From Oscillospiraceae bacterium (GTDB lineage: Bacteria; Bacillota; Clostridia; Oscillospirales; Oscillospiraceae), in the NCBI GenBank assembly GCA_009787625.1, contig WQSX01000011.1, positions 5,842 to 69,841 of the forward strand: DNA of 64,000 nt, in the 5' to 3' direction. The position numbers were made by a program, and so were the translations under genes. Below are positions 24,152-34,729 of the stretch, piece after piece. How positions within the stretch are numbered: the stretch's first letter is position 1; every line of letters begins with the position of its first letter. Under the pieces are notes generated by a model. That model was given only the letters and a program-made list of their open reading frames with translations, was not told where the DNA came from and made no database searches.

Positions 24152-25393
24152 ATGGGGTTATTTAATAAACTTTTCAAGGACAAAGAAGAGCGGGAAATGC
24201 ACGACTATTTTGAGACTCTGTCTAATTACACTCCGGTCTTTACCACGTTTGAGGGCGGCGTATACGAAATGGAGCTGACACGCGCTGCAATACACTCCTT
24301 TGCGTATGCTTGCAGTAAACTTAACCCGGAGATAACCGGGAGTGCCGGGCAGAGGCTAAAAAACATATTGTCATTCAGTCCGAACCCATTCATGGACACC
24401 ACAAAATTTATCTACCGGACGGCAACGTCATTAGAGGTAAAAAACAACTCCTTCATTACACCGATTTTTGATGAGTTGGACGGCCGCATAACGGGATATT
24501 TTCCAATTTACCCACTCAACACAGAGGTTGTTGAGAGTAATAATATTCCGTACTACAGGTTTACTTTTGCGACCGGAAAACGTGTGGCTATCGAGGTTTC
24601 AAAAGTCGGCCATTTGACCAAATTTCAGTTTCAAGATGACTTTTTTGGGTCGGATAATTCCCCTCTAAAACCAACAATGGATTTAATTCACACACAAAAC
24701 GAAGGTATACAAAATGCTGTAAAAAATACTGCGGACCTAAAGTACATTGCACGCGTGCCGGGTTCGCTGCCGGACGATAAACTTAAAAAGTTACGTAAAA
24801 GAATAGCAAAAATGAATTTTACTAACAAAAATAAATCAAATATCCTGCTTTACGATGGCCAGCTTGCTGATTTAAAGCCAATAGACATCAAGCCGTTTAC
24901 AATCAACGCCGTACAGATGAAACAGATCCAAGAAAATGTATTTCACTACTTCGGCACGAATGAATCAATTTTGCAAAACAAATTCACCGAAGATGAGTGG
25001 CACGCATACTACCAAGGAAGCATAGAGCCTTTTGCAATACAGCTTTCCTTGGTAATGACAAATATGACCTTTAGCCCCATGGAGATTGCTCATAACAACA
25101 AGATACACTTCACGACAAATCGCTTGCAAAACCTTAGCCCAAAATCAAAGATGGAGTTCTCAACATCACTCATTGACCGTGGCGTTGTAGTTCCAAATGA
25201 GGCAAGAAAACTCTGGGGGCTTGAACCACTAGAGGGCGGTGATGAGCGCATTCTGCGCCGTGACTATGTAAGTGCTTTGATGATGGATATGCGAGATCTT
25301 GAAATTCAAAAGCAAATAGCCGGGCTATTGCCAAAGACAGAAACAGGAAAGGAAGAAACAAATGGCGACACAGATGATGACAAAACAACCTGA
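24152..25393 (+). CDS. portal protein (HK97 family)
   Basis: 413 aa. Follows TerL and precedes the prohead protease. Confidence 0.85.
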   Translation: MGLFNKLFKDKEEREMHDYFETLSNYTPVFTTFEGGVYEMELTRAAIHSFAYACSKLNPEITGSAGQRLKNILSFSPNPFMDTTKFIYRTATSLEVKNNSFITPIFDELDGRITGYFPIYPLNTEVVESNNIPYYRFTFATGKRVAIEVSKVGHLTKFQFQDDFFGSDNSPLKPTMDLIHTQNEGIQNAVKNTADLKYIARVPGSLPDDKLKKLRKRIAKMNFTNKNKSNILLYDGQLADLKPIDIKPFTINAVQMKQIQENVFHYFGTNESILQNKFTEDEWHAYYQGSIEPFAIQLSLVMTNMTFSPMEIAHNNKIHFTTNRLQNLSPKSKMEFSTSLIDRGVVVPNEARKLWGLEPLEGGDERILRRDYVSALMMDMRDLEIQKQIAGLLPKTETGKEETNGDTDDDKTT

Positions 25394-25991
25394 TAGAGAG
25401 TATAGAAATCTAAGTTCACTGCTTGCGCCGCCGACCGATGCAGAACGCCATAAACGGCTTGATAGTAATTTCTATGTCGAGGGCTATGCGGCAAAGTTTG
25501 AGCGGTTCTTGTTATGGGAGTATAACGACAGTAAATACTATGAGGAACTTGCGCCGGGTGCGTTTGACCATGCGGAAATGTCAGATGTTATCATGCAGTA
25601 CGACCACCAAGGCAAGGTGCTGGCACGCCTTACAAATAGCACACTGGGTATTGACGTTGATGAGACCGGGCTTTTCATGTTTGCGGATCTATCTAAGAGT
25701 ACGGCGGCAAAAGAGCTGTATGAAGAAATCACAGTTGGCCTTATAACCCGTATGTCGTGGGCGTTTACAGTTGAAGATGTCTCTGTTGAGCGGCTCGATG
25801 AGCATACATATTTACGCACAATCACGCAAATAAAAAAAGTATATGATGTGTCGGCGGTTAGTATACCGGCTAATGACGACACTGAAATATTGGCACGTAG
25901 TTTTGTTGCCGGAAACATTGAAGCAGAGCAACGTGAATTAGTGGCGAGGCAAGCAAGAATTCTAACTTTGAAAATTAAAATGGAGGTATAA
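25362..25991 (+). CDS. prohead maturation protease (HK97 family, S78)
   Basis: 'FYVEGYAAKFE...MQYDHQG' is a typical HK97 protease N-region. Position is between portal and capsid. Confidence 0.85.
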   Translation: MATQMMTKQPDREYRNLSSLLAPPTDAERHKRLDSNFYVEGYAAKFERFLLWEYNDSKYYEELAPGAFDHAEMSDVIMQYDHQGKVLARLTNSTLGIDVDETGLFMFADLSKSTAAKELYEEITVGLITRMSWAFTVEDVSVERLDEHTYLRTITQIKKVYDVSAVSIPANDDTEILARSFVAGNIEAEQRELVARQARILTLKIKMEV

Positions 25992-25994
25992 CAA

Positions 25995-27287
25995 ATGCGA
26001 ACACTAGCAGACATCCAAGCACGGCTCAAAGCTATATCGGAAGAGATAGAGAGCCGAGGCGAAACAATCACTTCGGAAGATTTGGCAAAACTCGAAACAG
26101 AGGTGGCTGAGCTCAACGAGGAACGCAAAACCATTATTGCAGATGCCGAAAAGCGGCAAAAACTGCTAAGCGACATTGCGGAGGGCAACACCGAAACAAG
26201 GACAATCACACAAATGAATAGCCTCATTGCCAGCGGCGCAGGCGAATCAAGCGGGTCGGGTGCGACCGTAGAGGACAGATTTGACACACCCGCATATCAA
26301 AGGCACTTCATGGAGCATGTGTGCCGCGGCACGCCTATGCCAGATGAATATCGGATGCTTGCGCTAGAGATGCGTGCTGATGCATTTAGTCAAACGGGCG
26401 ATGTTGGAGCGGTAATCCCAACGACAATTATGAATGAAATCATAAGAGAGGCTACAACTTTTGGGCAACTATTCAGCCGTGTCCGGAGATTGAGTATTCA
26501 AGGCGGTGTAGCGTTCCCTATTCTTGATTTAGTGCCGGAAGCCTCGTGGATAACTGAAAGTAAAGTCAGTGATACACAGAAATTGACTGCAAAAAAATCT
26601 GTAGTTTTCAATTATCATGGGCTTGAATGCAGATTGTCGCAATCACTGCTAGTGAGCATTGTCACTCTGGCAGAGTTTCAACGCTTGTTTGTGCCGTTGG
26701 CGGCAGAGGCAATGGTTAAGGCTCTCGAAATTTCCATGGTTAACGGCGATGGCGCCGGGCAGATGATGGGTATTCTGAACGAAACCAGAATACCTGCTAA
26801 AAATAAAATAACTCTGTCACCTACTGAGTTCGGTTCTTGGGGGGAGTGGAAAAAGAAAGTGTTCGCCGCAATGAAAATCTCATACCGCAATGGCTCATTC
26901 ATTATGGCGCAAGGCACGTTTGACGGCTATATTGATGGCATGGTTGACCTAAACAGCCAACCAATCGGACGTGTTAATTATGGCATCGATGGCGGTGAAA
27001 CATACCGTTTTGGCGGTCGTAGAATAATACCTGTAGAAGATGCAATTTTGCCGGCTTATGAAGATGCAAAAGTAGGCGATGTTGTTGCAATATTTATGAG
27101 ATTGCAGGATTATGCCATTAACACCAACATGCAAATGCGTATGGTTCACTGGCTTGACCATAACGACAACAAAGTTAAAAACAAGGCTATCATGGTTGCA
27201 GACGGCAAGGTCATAGATCCACACGGCATTTTGCTTATCAAAAAGGGTGGCGATGTTGAACCACCCACAGACCCACCCACACCATAG
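25995..27287 (+). CDS. major capsid protein (HK97 fold) with N-terminal coiled-coil delta domain
   Basis: 430 aa. Coiled-coil N-terminus followed by a capsid core. Position after the protease. Confidence 0.85.
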   Translation: MRTLADIQARLKAISEEIESRGETITSEDLAKLETEVAELNEERKTIIADAEKRQKLLSDIAEGNTETRTITQMNSLIASGAGESSGSGATVEDRFDTPAYQRHFMEHVCRGTPMPDEYRMLALEMRADAFSQTGDVGAVIPTTIMNEIIREATTFGQLFSRVRRLSIQGGVAFPILDLVPEASWITESKVSDTQKLTAKKSVVFNYHGLECRLSQSLLVSIVTLAEFQRLFVPLAAEAMVKALEISMVNGDGAGQMMGILNETRIPAKNKITLSPTEFGSWGEWKKKVFAAMKISYRNGSFIMAQGTFDGYIDGMVDLNSQPIGRVNYGIDGGETYRFGGRRIIPVEDAILPAYEDAKVGDVVAIFMRLQDYAINTNMQMRMVHWLDHNDNKVKNKAIMVADGKVIDPHGILLIKKGGDVEPPTDPPTP

Positions 27288-27328
27288 GCAAAAGAAAGCG
27301 CAAGGCGCAAAGTTAAGGAGGACGTACC

Positions 27329-27613
27329 ATGCTAAAACAACTAAAAGTTTCTTTGCGCCTCATCGACAACACGTTTGACACCGAGATAAAAAACCTCATA
27401 AGTGCTTGCAAAAGTGACCTTGAGCTTGCCGGGGTTGTCAACATCAAAGAAGATGACCCGCTTATAATCCGCGCTGTTACTCTCTATGCAAAAGGGCATT
27501 TTGGCTTTGCTGACATGGGTGTAAAGTTTCTGGAGGCTTACGAAATGCTAAAGCTCTCACTTCGGCGTTCCAGTGATTACAATCAAAAAAGTGACGGTGA
27601 TCCTGATGTTTAA
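27329..27613 (+). CDS. head-tail connector (gp6-like)
   Basis: 94 aa. 'LKVSLRLIDNTFDTEI..LI..' fits a gp6-like N-terminus. Position supports the call. Confidence 0.65.
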   Translation: MLKQLKVSLRLIDNTFDTEIKNLISACKSDLELAGVVNIKEDDPLIIRAVTLYAKGHFGFADMGVKFLEAYEMLKLSLRRSSDYNQKSDGDPDV

Positions 27614-27938
27614 TGACGGAATACTGACAATTTATGAGAAAGTTCAAGCTAAAGGTGCCGGTGGCAAATCTATTGATGTTTTAAAAAAGCCCGGTAAAAG
27701 AGCTTATTACGGTGAAGCCAGCTTTAAAATATCAGAGTATTACGAATCAAAGCAATCGGAAACCGAAATCATGAAAAAAGTGCAGATACCTCAAGATAAA
27801 AGTATCGGCAACAACCACGTGGCCATCGTGGACAAAGTGCAGTATCAAGTAGGCTTTGTGCACTCGACGGTGCACAAAGGTGTTGAGGTAACATACATAA
27901 CGCTAGAGAGGGTAACGAGCCAATATGACATTACTTGA
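27606..27938 (+). CDS. head closure / head-tail adaptor protein
   Basis: ATG 27606 overlaps the previous stop. Size and position support the call. Confidence 0.55.
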   Translation: MFNDGILTIYEKVQAKGAGGKSIDVLKKPGKRAYYGEASFKISEYYESKQSETEIMKKVQIPQDKSIGNNHVAIVDKVQYQVGFVHSTVHKGVEVTYITLERVTSQYDIT

Positions 27939-28263
27939 GTTTTTTAATCTACTGGAAAAAACAGAAATTCCTGTTTGGCATTATGAGGCAACGCTGGAAG
28001 AGTACCCCTACATAGTGTATCAGGAACTGACAACAGACTTTTCGTGGGCAAGCGGCAAACCGTACGAAGAGCACACACAAATAGCGGTTGAGCATTATAC
28101 AAAAAACGAGTTTGACCCCTCACTGGAGCGGCTAAAGCGGTTACTTATAAAAAACAAAGTGCCGTTTACAATCTCAACCGCCTACAACCACGAGACAAAG
28201 GTCATACTAAATCAATTCAGCCTAAAAATAAAACACGAATGGAAGGACACAGACGATGAGTAA
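27925..28263 (+). CDS. hypothetical head-tail joining module protein
   Basis: 112 aa. Overlapping starts and stops in the structural operon. Confidence 0.5.
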   Translation: MTLLEFFNLLEKTEIPVWHYEATLEEYPYIVYQELTTDFSWASGKPYEEHTQIAVEHYTKNEFDPSLERLKRLLIKNKVPFTISTAYNHETKVILNQFSLKIKHEWKDTDDE

Positions 28264-28501
28264 AGTTATAAAGAGCCAAGATAAAACAAAATTGCACTAT
28301 ATGCCGGAAGATGTGCCCTGCTTTTTCAATGTAGCACCTGTTGAGGCTGCTGATGAGGAAAGTGATGCAGGCTACAGCGTGGGCATCAATGGTGTTAGCT
28401 TTGGTGTATACAAAAAATTACCCAGAGCAAAAGCGGTACTCGGGGAGATTGAAACGGCAATGCTGGAGAAAAAACCTAGCTTTTCTTTCCCAAAAAACTA
28501 G
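28256..28501 (+). CDS. hypothetical structural-module protein
   Basis: 81 aa track ORF with translational coupling. Confidence 0.45.
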   Translation: MSKVIKSQDKTKLHYMPEDVPCFFNVAPVEAADEESDAGYSVGINGVSFGVYKKLPRAKAVLGEIETAMLEKKPSFSFPKN

Positions 28502-28512
28502 CAGGTGGAGCT

Positions 28513-28959
28513 ATGGCTAACGACATTGAAAATGGCTTGCGTCTTTTCGGTGAAGATTTAAGAAAAATTGCTGAAACAGTCACAGACAAAAAAGTGCAGG
28601 CAAAAGCACTCGAAGCGGGTGCAAAACCAATCGTGAGCCATGCGAAATTACTCGCACCTCGAGGCGCAACAGGTAGGTTAGCGCAGAGCATAGGAGCGGA
28701 ATACAATCAGCAGTTTCACAATGTCGGTATCGGTATCGGCGCACCTATAAGCACGGCACCCGGTTCAACCGGATTTTATGGCAGATTCCAAAATGACGGA
28801 TGGAGTATAACCGGACGTAGGAACAGCCGGGGAAGAACGCAACCAACCGGGCGACGCACACAGGCCCGAAACTATTTAGGCAAGGCGTTAGATGCTCAAT
28901 TCGATAACGCGACAAAAATAGTAGCAGATGATCTAAGGCAAAAAACAGAGACGAACTAA
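28513..28959 (+). CDS. HK97 gp10-family tail-completion protein
   Basis: 'AKLLAPRGATGRLAQSIG...FYGRFQNDGW' matches the gp10-like pattern. Confidence 0.7.
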   Translation: MANDIENGLRLFGEDLRKIAETVTDKKVQAKALEAGAKPIVSHAKLLAPRGATGRLAQSIGAEYNQQFHNVGIGIGAPISTAPGSTGFYGRFQNDGWSITGRRNSRGRTQPTGRRTQARNYLGKALDAQFDNATKIVADDLRQKTETN

Positions 28960-28985
28960 GAAAAAACAGACTAGGAGGATAATTC

Positions 28986-29768
28986 ATGAATGAACCAAGA
29001 AAAATCGTAACCATAAAGCCGACCTACGAAGTGTCGGTTGGTGGTGCTTTTATCTGCCCGATTATAGGGCGGACAAGCACTGAAATAACCTACGAACCAA
29101 TAGTTACCCGTGTGGACGTTATCAGAACTCAAACAATGACACCAAACACAACAGAATCAAAAATCTGGGCAAGTGGTGTTATTTTTGACCACGTGAGCCA
29201 AACCGTGGGTGCAGGAATTGCGCTAGGTGCAGTAGCATTGCCGCAAGGGCTATTGACAGACTTATCGGGAGCACAAACAAAGGAAGCATTCACATTTGAC
29301 AGAACCAATGACCTTGAAAGGGAATTTGCTTATGGCTACTGGGGTGAAAATAGAGACGGCACAATGACATTTTACTGGCACCCGGTATGTAAGCTCACTA
29401 TTGGTGAAGACGCAAAAAATACTCGTAACGACGATTCACCGGATCCAAACAAAACTTACAACATCGAAGTAATACCATTCGGAAGCTCCGGGAAAGGCAG
29501 TATATGGCGTGTACGCTATGCACAAAATGAAGAGAAAGAAAATGTTATTCCGCTAACAATTGACGAGTTCTTTGTAAGTCCTATATATACAGAAGAGCAG
29601 GTTGATACGCTGTATGCAAGTAGGGCGGCAAGCTCTAGCCAAGAGCAACTATCTACAGGCGTAGCAGCTTTAAAAGAGGGAACTGCGGAAATGAATCCCG
29701 ATGAGGATGATACAGCTTTCACAGGCTTGCCGGGACTTTCGGGGCTACCCGATTTAGAGGACGATTAA
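28986..29768 (+). CDS. major tail protein
   Basis: 260 aa. Positioned upstream of the chaperone/TMP genes. A terminator-like hairpin follows. Confidence 0.7.
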   Translation: MNEPRKIVTIKPTYEVSVGGAFICPIIGRTSTEITYEPIVTRVDVIRTQTMTPNTTESKIWASGVIFDHVSQTVGAGIALGAVALPQGLLTDLSGAQTKEAFTFDRTNDLEREFAYGYWGENRDGTMTFYWHPVCKLTIGEDAKNTRNDDSPDPNKTYNIEVIPFGSSGKGSIWRVRYAQNEEKENVIPLTIDEFFVSPIYTEEQVDTLYASRAASSSQEQLSTGVAALKEGTAEMNPDEDDTAFTGLPGLSGLPDLEDD

Positions 29769-29776
29769 ACTCAACG

Positions 29777-29825
29777 AAATAGTGAACCCACTGCGGGTTG
29801 ATAACTCGTGGTGGGTCTACTATTT
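29777..29825 (+). terminator. partial terminator / attenuator after the major tail gene
   Basis: aaatagtgaacccac pairs with gtgggtctactattt (13 of 15 bp) and is followed by a T-rich stretch. Confidence 0.45.
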
Positions 29826-29943
29826 GTAATAAATATTGCTGTTTCAGAAACTACTTGCTCCTAAAAATAGCCATATTTAATGTAAATAGTAACGAGAACC
29901 ATTGTTTTAATAATGAAAATATTAATTTGGAGGATAATAAAAA

Positions 29944-30321
29944 ATGAAATTCGAGAAAAGCAGGCTTGAACCGTTAAAAATAAACCTCGGAGGTGTGGAG
30001 TATCCTGTGCAGGTAAACTTTTCAGCGATGGCAAGGTTTGAAGAATATTTTGACATGCCATTTATAGACGTATTCGCAAAGCTGGGAGATGTCGGGAAAT
30101 TAAAAGCACTGGAGCTGAGGCAAGTCCTATATATAATGCTCGAAAGTGCAGGCGTTGAACTTGATGTAAGTGACCTTGATGGAGTGTTATTCAACATCGA
30201 CACACTCAATGTCATCAGCGAAGCACTTGACCGGGCAAACAAGATTGTAAATGTCCTTGACGATGCCGGGGAAACAGAGGATAGCAAGCCCGGAAAAAAG
30301 CCGAGAGCGGTGAAGAGTTAG
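29944..30321 (+). CDS. tail assembly chaperone (gpG-like)
   Basis: 125 aa, immediately upstream of the TMP. Contains a slippery heptamer near its end. Confidence 0.75.
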   Translation: MKFEKSRLEPLKINLGGVEYPVQVNFSAMARFEEYFDMPFIDVFAKLGDVGKLKALELRQVLYIMLESAGVELDVSDLDGVLFNIDTLNVISEALDRANKIVNVLDDAGETEDSKPGKKPRAVKS

Positions 30322-30536
30322 AGTTTGACTGGTTTTATCATATTCATTTTGCACAAACGAAATTAGGGTGGACTTTTGATGAGTTCATGAACTCAAACCT
30401 ATACTTTTATTATGGCATGGTGCAACAGTGGTTACTTGCTAACGGCGCAAAACGCAAAGAGCTGGCAAACGAAACAAAAGAGACAAAAGTAATAAAAGTA
30501 AAGTATTTTGATGACTTGCCGAAAGAATTACGCTAA
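29944..30536 (+). CDS. gpGT-like -1 frameshift fusion product of the tail chaperone
   Basis: A -1 slip at A_AAA_AAG (30294-30300) joins the gpG frame to a start-less ORF (..EFDWFYHIHFAQTKLGW.. stop 30534-30536) ending just before the TMP. Confidence 0.7.
30294..30300 (+). promoter_or_regulatory. programmed -1 ribosomal frameshift slippery site A_AAA_AAG
   Basis: The zero frame reads GGA AAA AAG, so the heptamer is in the X_XXY_YYZ register. Confidence 0.7.
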
Positions 30537-30550
30537 AAGGAGGTGAGGAC

Positions 30551-33500
30551 TTGGCGGCGACAACAATTAGATGGGCGGGTGTGCGTTTAACAATGGAGGG
30601 CGCACAGGAATTTAAAAAGAGCATGGCAGACATCAATAACCAGCTCAAGACCAGCCAAGCAAACCTCAATAAAGTAACTAACGGCTTTGCAAAAAATGAA
30701 ACCAATGCAAAGACTCTTGCCGCACAGCAAAAACATCTGAAAGAAGCTTTTGACCTAAACGCTCAAGCTATTGCTCTGACACAGCAAAAAATTACAGAGG
30801 CGACAAATGCCTTTGGAGAAAACTCAAGTGAGGCGATAGCATTACGCCGTGAGCTGGCATTCCTCGAAGCAGAGCAGGAACGGCTAAACACAGCGATGAG
30901 CGCCACCCAGAGGGCAATAGATGGTCAGCGTTGGACAAAACTCAGCGGAAAGCTTGAGGTAGCCGGTAGCAGAATTCAGGCAGTAGGCGAAAAAATGACA
31001 CAGGCAGGGAAAACCTTGTCTGTAGCCGTCACGGCACCGCTTGTGGCTTTAGGCACACAAGCAGTCAGGGTGGGCAAAGACTTCGAATCCTCAATGATTG
31101 ACATCAGAACATCTACTCGGATGACGGCAGAAGAAACTGAAGAGCTAACACGGGAATTTAGAACACTTGCAACAACAAGTGATATTATAAAGTTCTCAGC
31201 GCGTGACATAGCAAATGCCTATTACACCGTGGCAAGAGCGGGTAATGGTGTTTATCACGCTACAGAGCTGATGCGTTACTCAATGGTGCTCGCAGCGGCA
31301 AAAAACACCGACTTAGCCTCGGCGGCCGGGTTCTTAGACTTAGCTCTGATGAAAAACCAAGCAGAGCTATCTGAATCTGAAAGATACATAAACGCATTTG
31401 CAACCGTGGCATCCGAGAGCGGCATGAGCCTGAATAATCTCCAAAAAGCGATTGTCAATCTTGCGCCCACTATGAACATAACAAATACGAGCATCGAGGC
31501 GATGTCTGCAAAACTTAACGAACTATACCGTGGCGGCCTATATGGAATCAATGCGGCTCGCGGTATTGAGCAGATGACCAATGCTCTGCTTGATGGCAGT
31601 GATGCATTAACTAAAATGGGCATAAGTGCATTTGACCTAGCGACCGGACAAATGCGGCCGCTTAATGATGTCTTATATGAAGTTATGACATACCTCGATG
31701 GCGTAGCGAATGAGCAGGAACGATATAATTTACAGAGCGGTCTGTTCACTACAATTTACAGCCGTCAAGTATTCGACCAGCTTAAAAACAACCGTGAGGC
31801 GTGGAAAGATAGCATTGATGTAATGTACGAAGCTACATCAGCGGTAGACGGTACAGGTCGTGCATTTGAGATGGCGGCGACCAGGCAAGAGGGAATGCGC
31901 GGCTCACTCTCAGCGCTAAGAGTTTCATTTGAAGAAATTAAACTGCAAATCGCACAGCAATTAATGCCTATAGCCCAAAGACTTATAGATAAAGCAAGTA
32001 GGGTCATAGACCGATTTTCAAATCTTGATGAAGCAACACAACGCAATGTTGTGCGCTTTGGCGCAATGGCGGCGGCGGTCGGCCCTGTGCTGGTTATCGG
32101 CGGAAAACTGACAACCAAGGTCGGTAAAATAGTGACGTCTTTTAGCGCAATGACCGGAGCTATCGGAGCGGCCGGCGGCGCAAAAGCGGCATTTGCAAAA
32201 AACATGACACTGAGCACAGCCGCAGCAACAAAATACAGCACCGCAGTAAATGCCGCCACCGGCAAGTTGACCTTAAAAACAAAAGCACTCGCGGCGGCGA
32301 GTTTAGGCGTTGGAAAGTATACTACTGTTCTGGGCGCCGGTGGGGCGAAACTAAAGGCCTATTCAGCAGGGTTAGCGGCAAAAGCCGCAGGTATGACCGG
32401 GCTGAAAGCAAAAATGGCAGCCGGTACAGCCGGAGTATTGAAATTCAATGCGGCATTGCTTGCAAATCCGAAAGTGGCGGTTGTTGCCGGTATCCTTGCG
32501 ATTGGCGGGGCTGTTTTTGGACTTGTTCAAGCATTCAACCGTGAGTCAGAAGCCGCCCGTGAAGTCAGGGAGGAAACAGAGCGAGTCGCCGCAGCTCGTG
32601 AACAATCCATAATCTCTGCAAATAATTTGCGTGATAGCGTGATAAGAACGGCTGAGACTCATGCAACTAACACGCAAGCCATGGAAGCAGAAACAGTAGT
32701 ATCAAGACGGTTGATTGACCGTATAGAGGAACTGAATAGTGTCGGAGACAAATCTCTCGAACAGAGAGCGGAGCTTGCCACCGCAGTTCAAACGCTCAAT
32801 CAAAACATGGGTGAAACTGTCCTAACCCTAAACGAAGAGACCGGAGCGGTTAACGAAAGCATAGCGGCAATAAGACAAAGGATTGATGCCCTCGCAGATG
32901 AAGCACGTACACAGGCACAGAGAGAGCGTTTAGTTGAGATAGAGCGGGAACGTATAAAGGTTTACATGGAGCGTGAGCGGCTTATTAATGAAAATAGTGA
33001 AGCTGTTGAGCGCTTGGCACAAGTAACTGAAGAATACTATAGAATATCGCGTGAAAGTTGGAATACTGATCCTGCTATCAACTCACTACGTAGTCTGCGC
33101 AATGAGTTAAGAGACAAGGTCGAAGACACTGAAACGGCAATTCAAGAAATGGACCAAAACTACACTAGACTGAGTGAGTCAGCTGTAACAATGGCCGGCA
33201 TCATAACTGACAGCTACATCCAAGCTGCTGAGTCTGCTGATGACTTCGCATCGGACTCCGAAGCAGCAAATCTGAGAGCACAACAGGCAATGGATGAGCT
33301 GGTAGAGGCACAATCAACGGCTTTACAGTCGATATCTGCTGAGTATGAATCTCTAAGAGGCACGATCACAAACATGTGGCAAGCCCTCTCAAACGAAACC
33401 GAAAAGTCAGTGTCGCAGGCAAATGAGACATTAGAAAACAATATAGCTGTAAGTGAGCAGTGGGCGGCTGACATTGAAAGGCTCAGTAATATGTCAGGTC

Positions 33501-34729
33501 ACGGCTTGTACGAAGGCTTTATGGATTACTTAAAAAGCCTCGGAGTTGACAGTGCCGCGGAGCTAAGAATGTTTGTGTATGCAATCGACAACGACCCCGA
33601 AGGTATAAAAAGGCTGAGCGACAACTTTGAGCGGGCCGGGGAATCTGCAATAGAAAGCCTTATCCGGACGCTGGACGCTCCGGAAGAGGCAATAAGAGCG
33701 TCCCGGGAGCTCGCAAGAGCATCATCAACCGCACTGATGGACGAAATTAAAGCGGCGCAATTTGATGAAAAGGGAGTCCTTGTCGGAACCAGCTATGCTC
33801 TTGGCATAGATAATAGCGTGGATGCGCCCGTAGCATCAGCGGAAAACATGGCAAGGCAAACAGCAGAGAGCGTAGATGCTTTTAACAACGCAGTAAACCC
33901 ATATATGTTATATGTCAACAAAGGTGAGCGGGTCGGGGAATCTTACGCACTCGGTATAACAAACAAAATAGCGGTTACTGTAGAAGCAACCCGCCAAATG
34001 TCTAAAGAATCATCGCAGGGAATGCAAAGTGCGATAGATGAGGCAAACTTTGAAAGAAAAGGTGAGCGGATTCCTGAAAAAGTATCGACCGGAATACTTG
34101 CGAAGATACATAAGTCAACAAACTCAATGGTTGAACTTGTCAACCAAGTGGTGCAAGCCGGAAAGAACGCAGTTCAAAATGCGGACGTCGAGGGCATCGG
34201 TAAAAATAAAATTTTAGGTATAGTCAATGGAATGATGAATCATAAACACCTGGCAACAACTGCCGGTGCAAATATCATTAATTCCATAATAAACACCATG
34301 AACCAAACAGCACAGATAAGCTCACCATCGAGGCGTACCCGTAAATCAGCAAGGGAAATGATAAACGGCATTATCGTTGAGTTTAAAGCAAAAACGAGTG
34401 AAGTAATCGCGGTATGTAAACAATTTACGGACAAAGTCACTGACAGTTTGCGGATAGATCCGGAAAAGATAATTGCAGACCTGCAAGAAATCACACGTGC
34501 GATACAAACATCACTCCCCACACTCGAACACAATATGCAAGTCCACACAGGCACACCCGGCATGAATCTTGCACATGCAGTGGCTGCACCTGCCCAGGTT
34601 AGCATCACTTTTGGTGATGTCTATGTGCGTGAGGAAAGTGACATTGATAAAATCGCAAATGCCGTACTCAGAAAAATGGGAAAACAGGTTGATTATAAAA
34701 GCAGGATAACAGGGGATAGGATAAGATGA
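30551..34729 (+). CDS. tail tape measure protein
   Basis: 1392 aa. TTG start after AAGGAGGTGA. Coiled coils plus a Gly/Ala-rich hydrophobic segment. Position supports the call. Confidence 0.9.
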   Translation: MAATTIRWAGVRLTMEGAQEFKKSMADINNQLKTSQANLNKVTNGFAKNETNAKTLAAQQKHLKEAFDLNAQAIALTQQKITEATNAFGENSSEAIALRRELAFLEAEQERLNTAMSATQRAIDGQRWTKLSGKLEVAGSRIQAVGEKMTQAGKTLSVAVTAPLVALGTQAVRVGKDFESSMIDIRTSTRMTAEETEELTREFRTLATTSDIIKFSARDIANAYYTVARAGNGVYHATELMRYSMVLAAAKNTDLASAAGFLDLALMKNQAELSESERYINAFATVASESGMSLNNLQKAIVNLAPTMNITNTSIEAMSAKLNELYRGGLYGINAARGIEQMTNALLDGSDALTKMGISAFDLATGQMRPLNDVLYEVMTYLDGVANEQERYNLQSGLFTTIYSRQVFDQLKNNREAWKDSIDVMYEATSAVDGTGRAFEMAATRQEGMRGSLSALRVSFEEIKLQIAQQLMPIAQRLIDKASRVIDRFSNLDEATQRNVVRFGAMAAAVGPVLVIGGKLTTKVGKIVTSFSAMTGAIGAAGGAKAAFAKNMTLSTAAATKYSTAVNAATGKLTLKTKALAAASLGVGKYTTVLGAGGAKLKAYSAGLAAKAAGMTGLKAKMAAGTAGVLKFNAALLANPKVAVVAGILAIGGAVFGLVQAFNRESEAAREVREETERVAAAREQSIISANNLRDSVIRTAETHATNTQAMEAETVVSRRLIDRIEELNSVGDKSLEQRAELATAVQTLNQNMGETVLTLNEETGAVNESIAAIRQRIDALADEARTQAQRERLVEIERERIKVYMERERLINENSEAVERLAQVTEEYYRISRESWNTDPAINSLRSLRNELRDKVEDTETAIQEMDQNYTRLSESAVTMAGIITDSYIQAAESADDFASDSEAANLRAQQAMDELVEAQSTALQSISAEYESLRGTITNMWQALSNETEKSVSQANETLENNIAVSEQWAADIERLSNMSGHGLYEGFMDYLKSLGVDSAAELRMFVYAIDNDPEGIKRLSDNFERAGESAIESLIRTLDAPEEAIRASRELARASSTALMDEIKAAQFDEKGVLVGTSYALGIDNSVDAPVASAENMARQTAESVDAFNNAVNPYMLYVNKGERVGESYALGITNKIAVTVEATRQMSKESSQGMQSAIDEANFERKGERIPEKVSTGILAKIHKSTNSMVELVNQVVQAGKNAVQNADVEGIGKNKILGIVNGMMNHKHLATTAGANIINSIINTMNQTAQISSPSRRTRKSAREMINGIIVEFKAKTSEVIAVCKQFTDKVTDSLRIDPEKIIADLQEITRAIQTSLPTLEHNMQVHTGTPGMNLAHAVAAPAQVSITFGDVYVREESDIDKIANAVLRKMGKQVDYKSRITGDRIR

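Noticed and set aside
25538-26287. 249-aa minus-strand ORF antisense to the prohead protease and capsid genes
   Set aside because: It is Ser/Ala/Leu-rich low complexity and has no RBS. It fully overlaps two well-supported plus-strand structural genes. It is a shadow ORF.
30976-34608. Several 66-166-aa minus-strand ORFs inside the tape measure gene
   Set aside because: All are antisense to a 1392-aa ORF with clear TMP features. They have no RBS or promoter signals.
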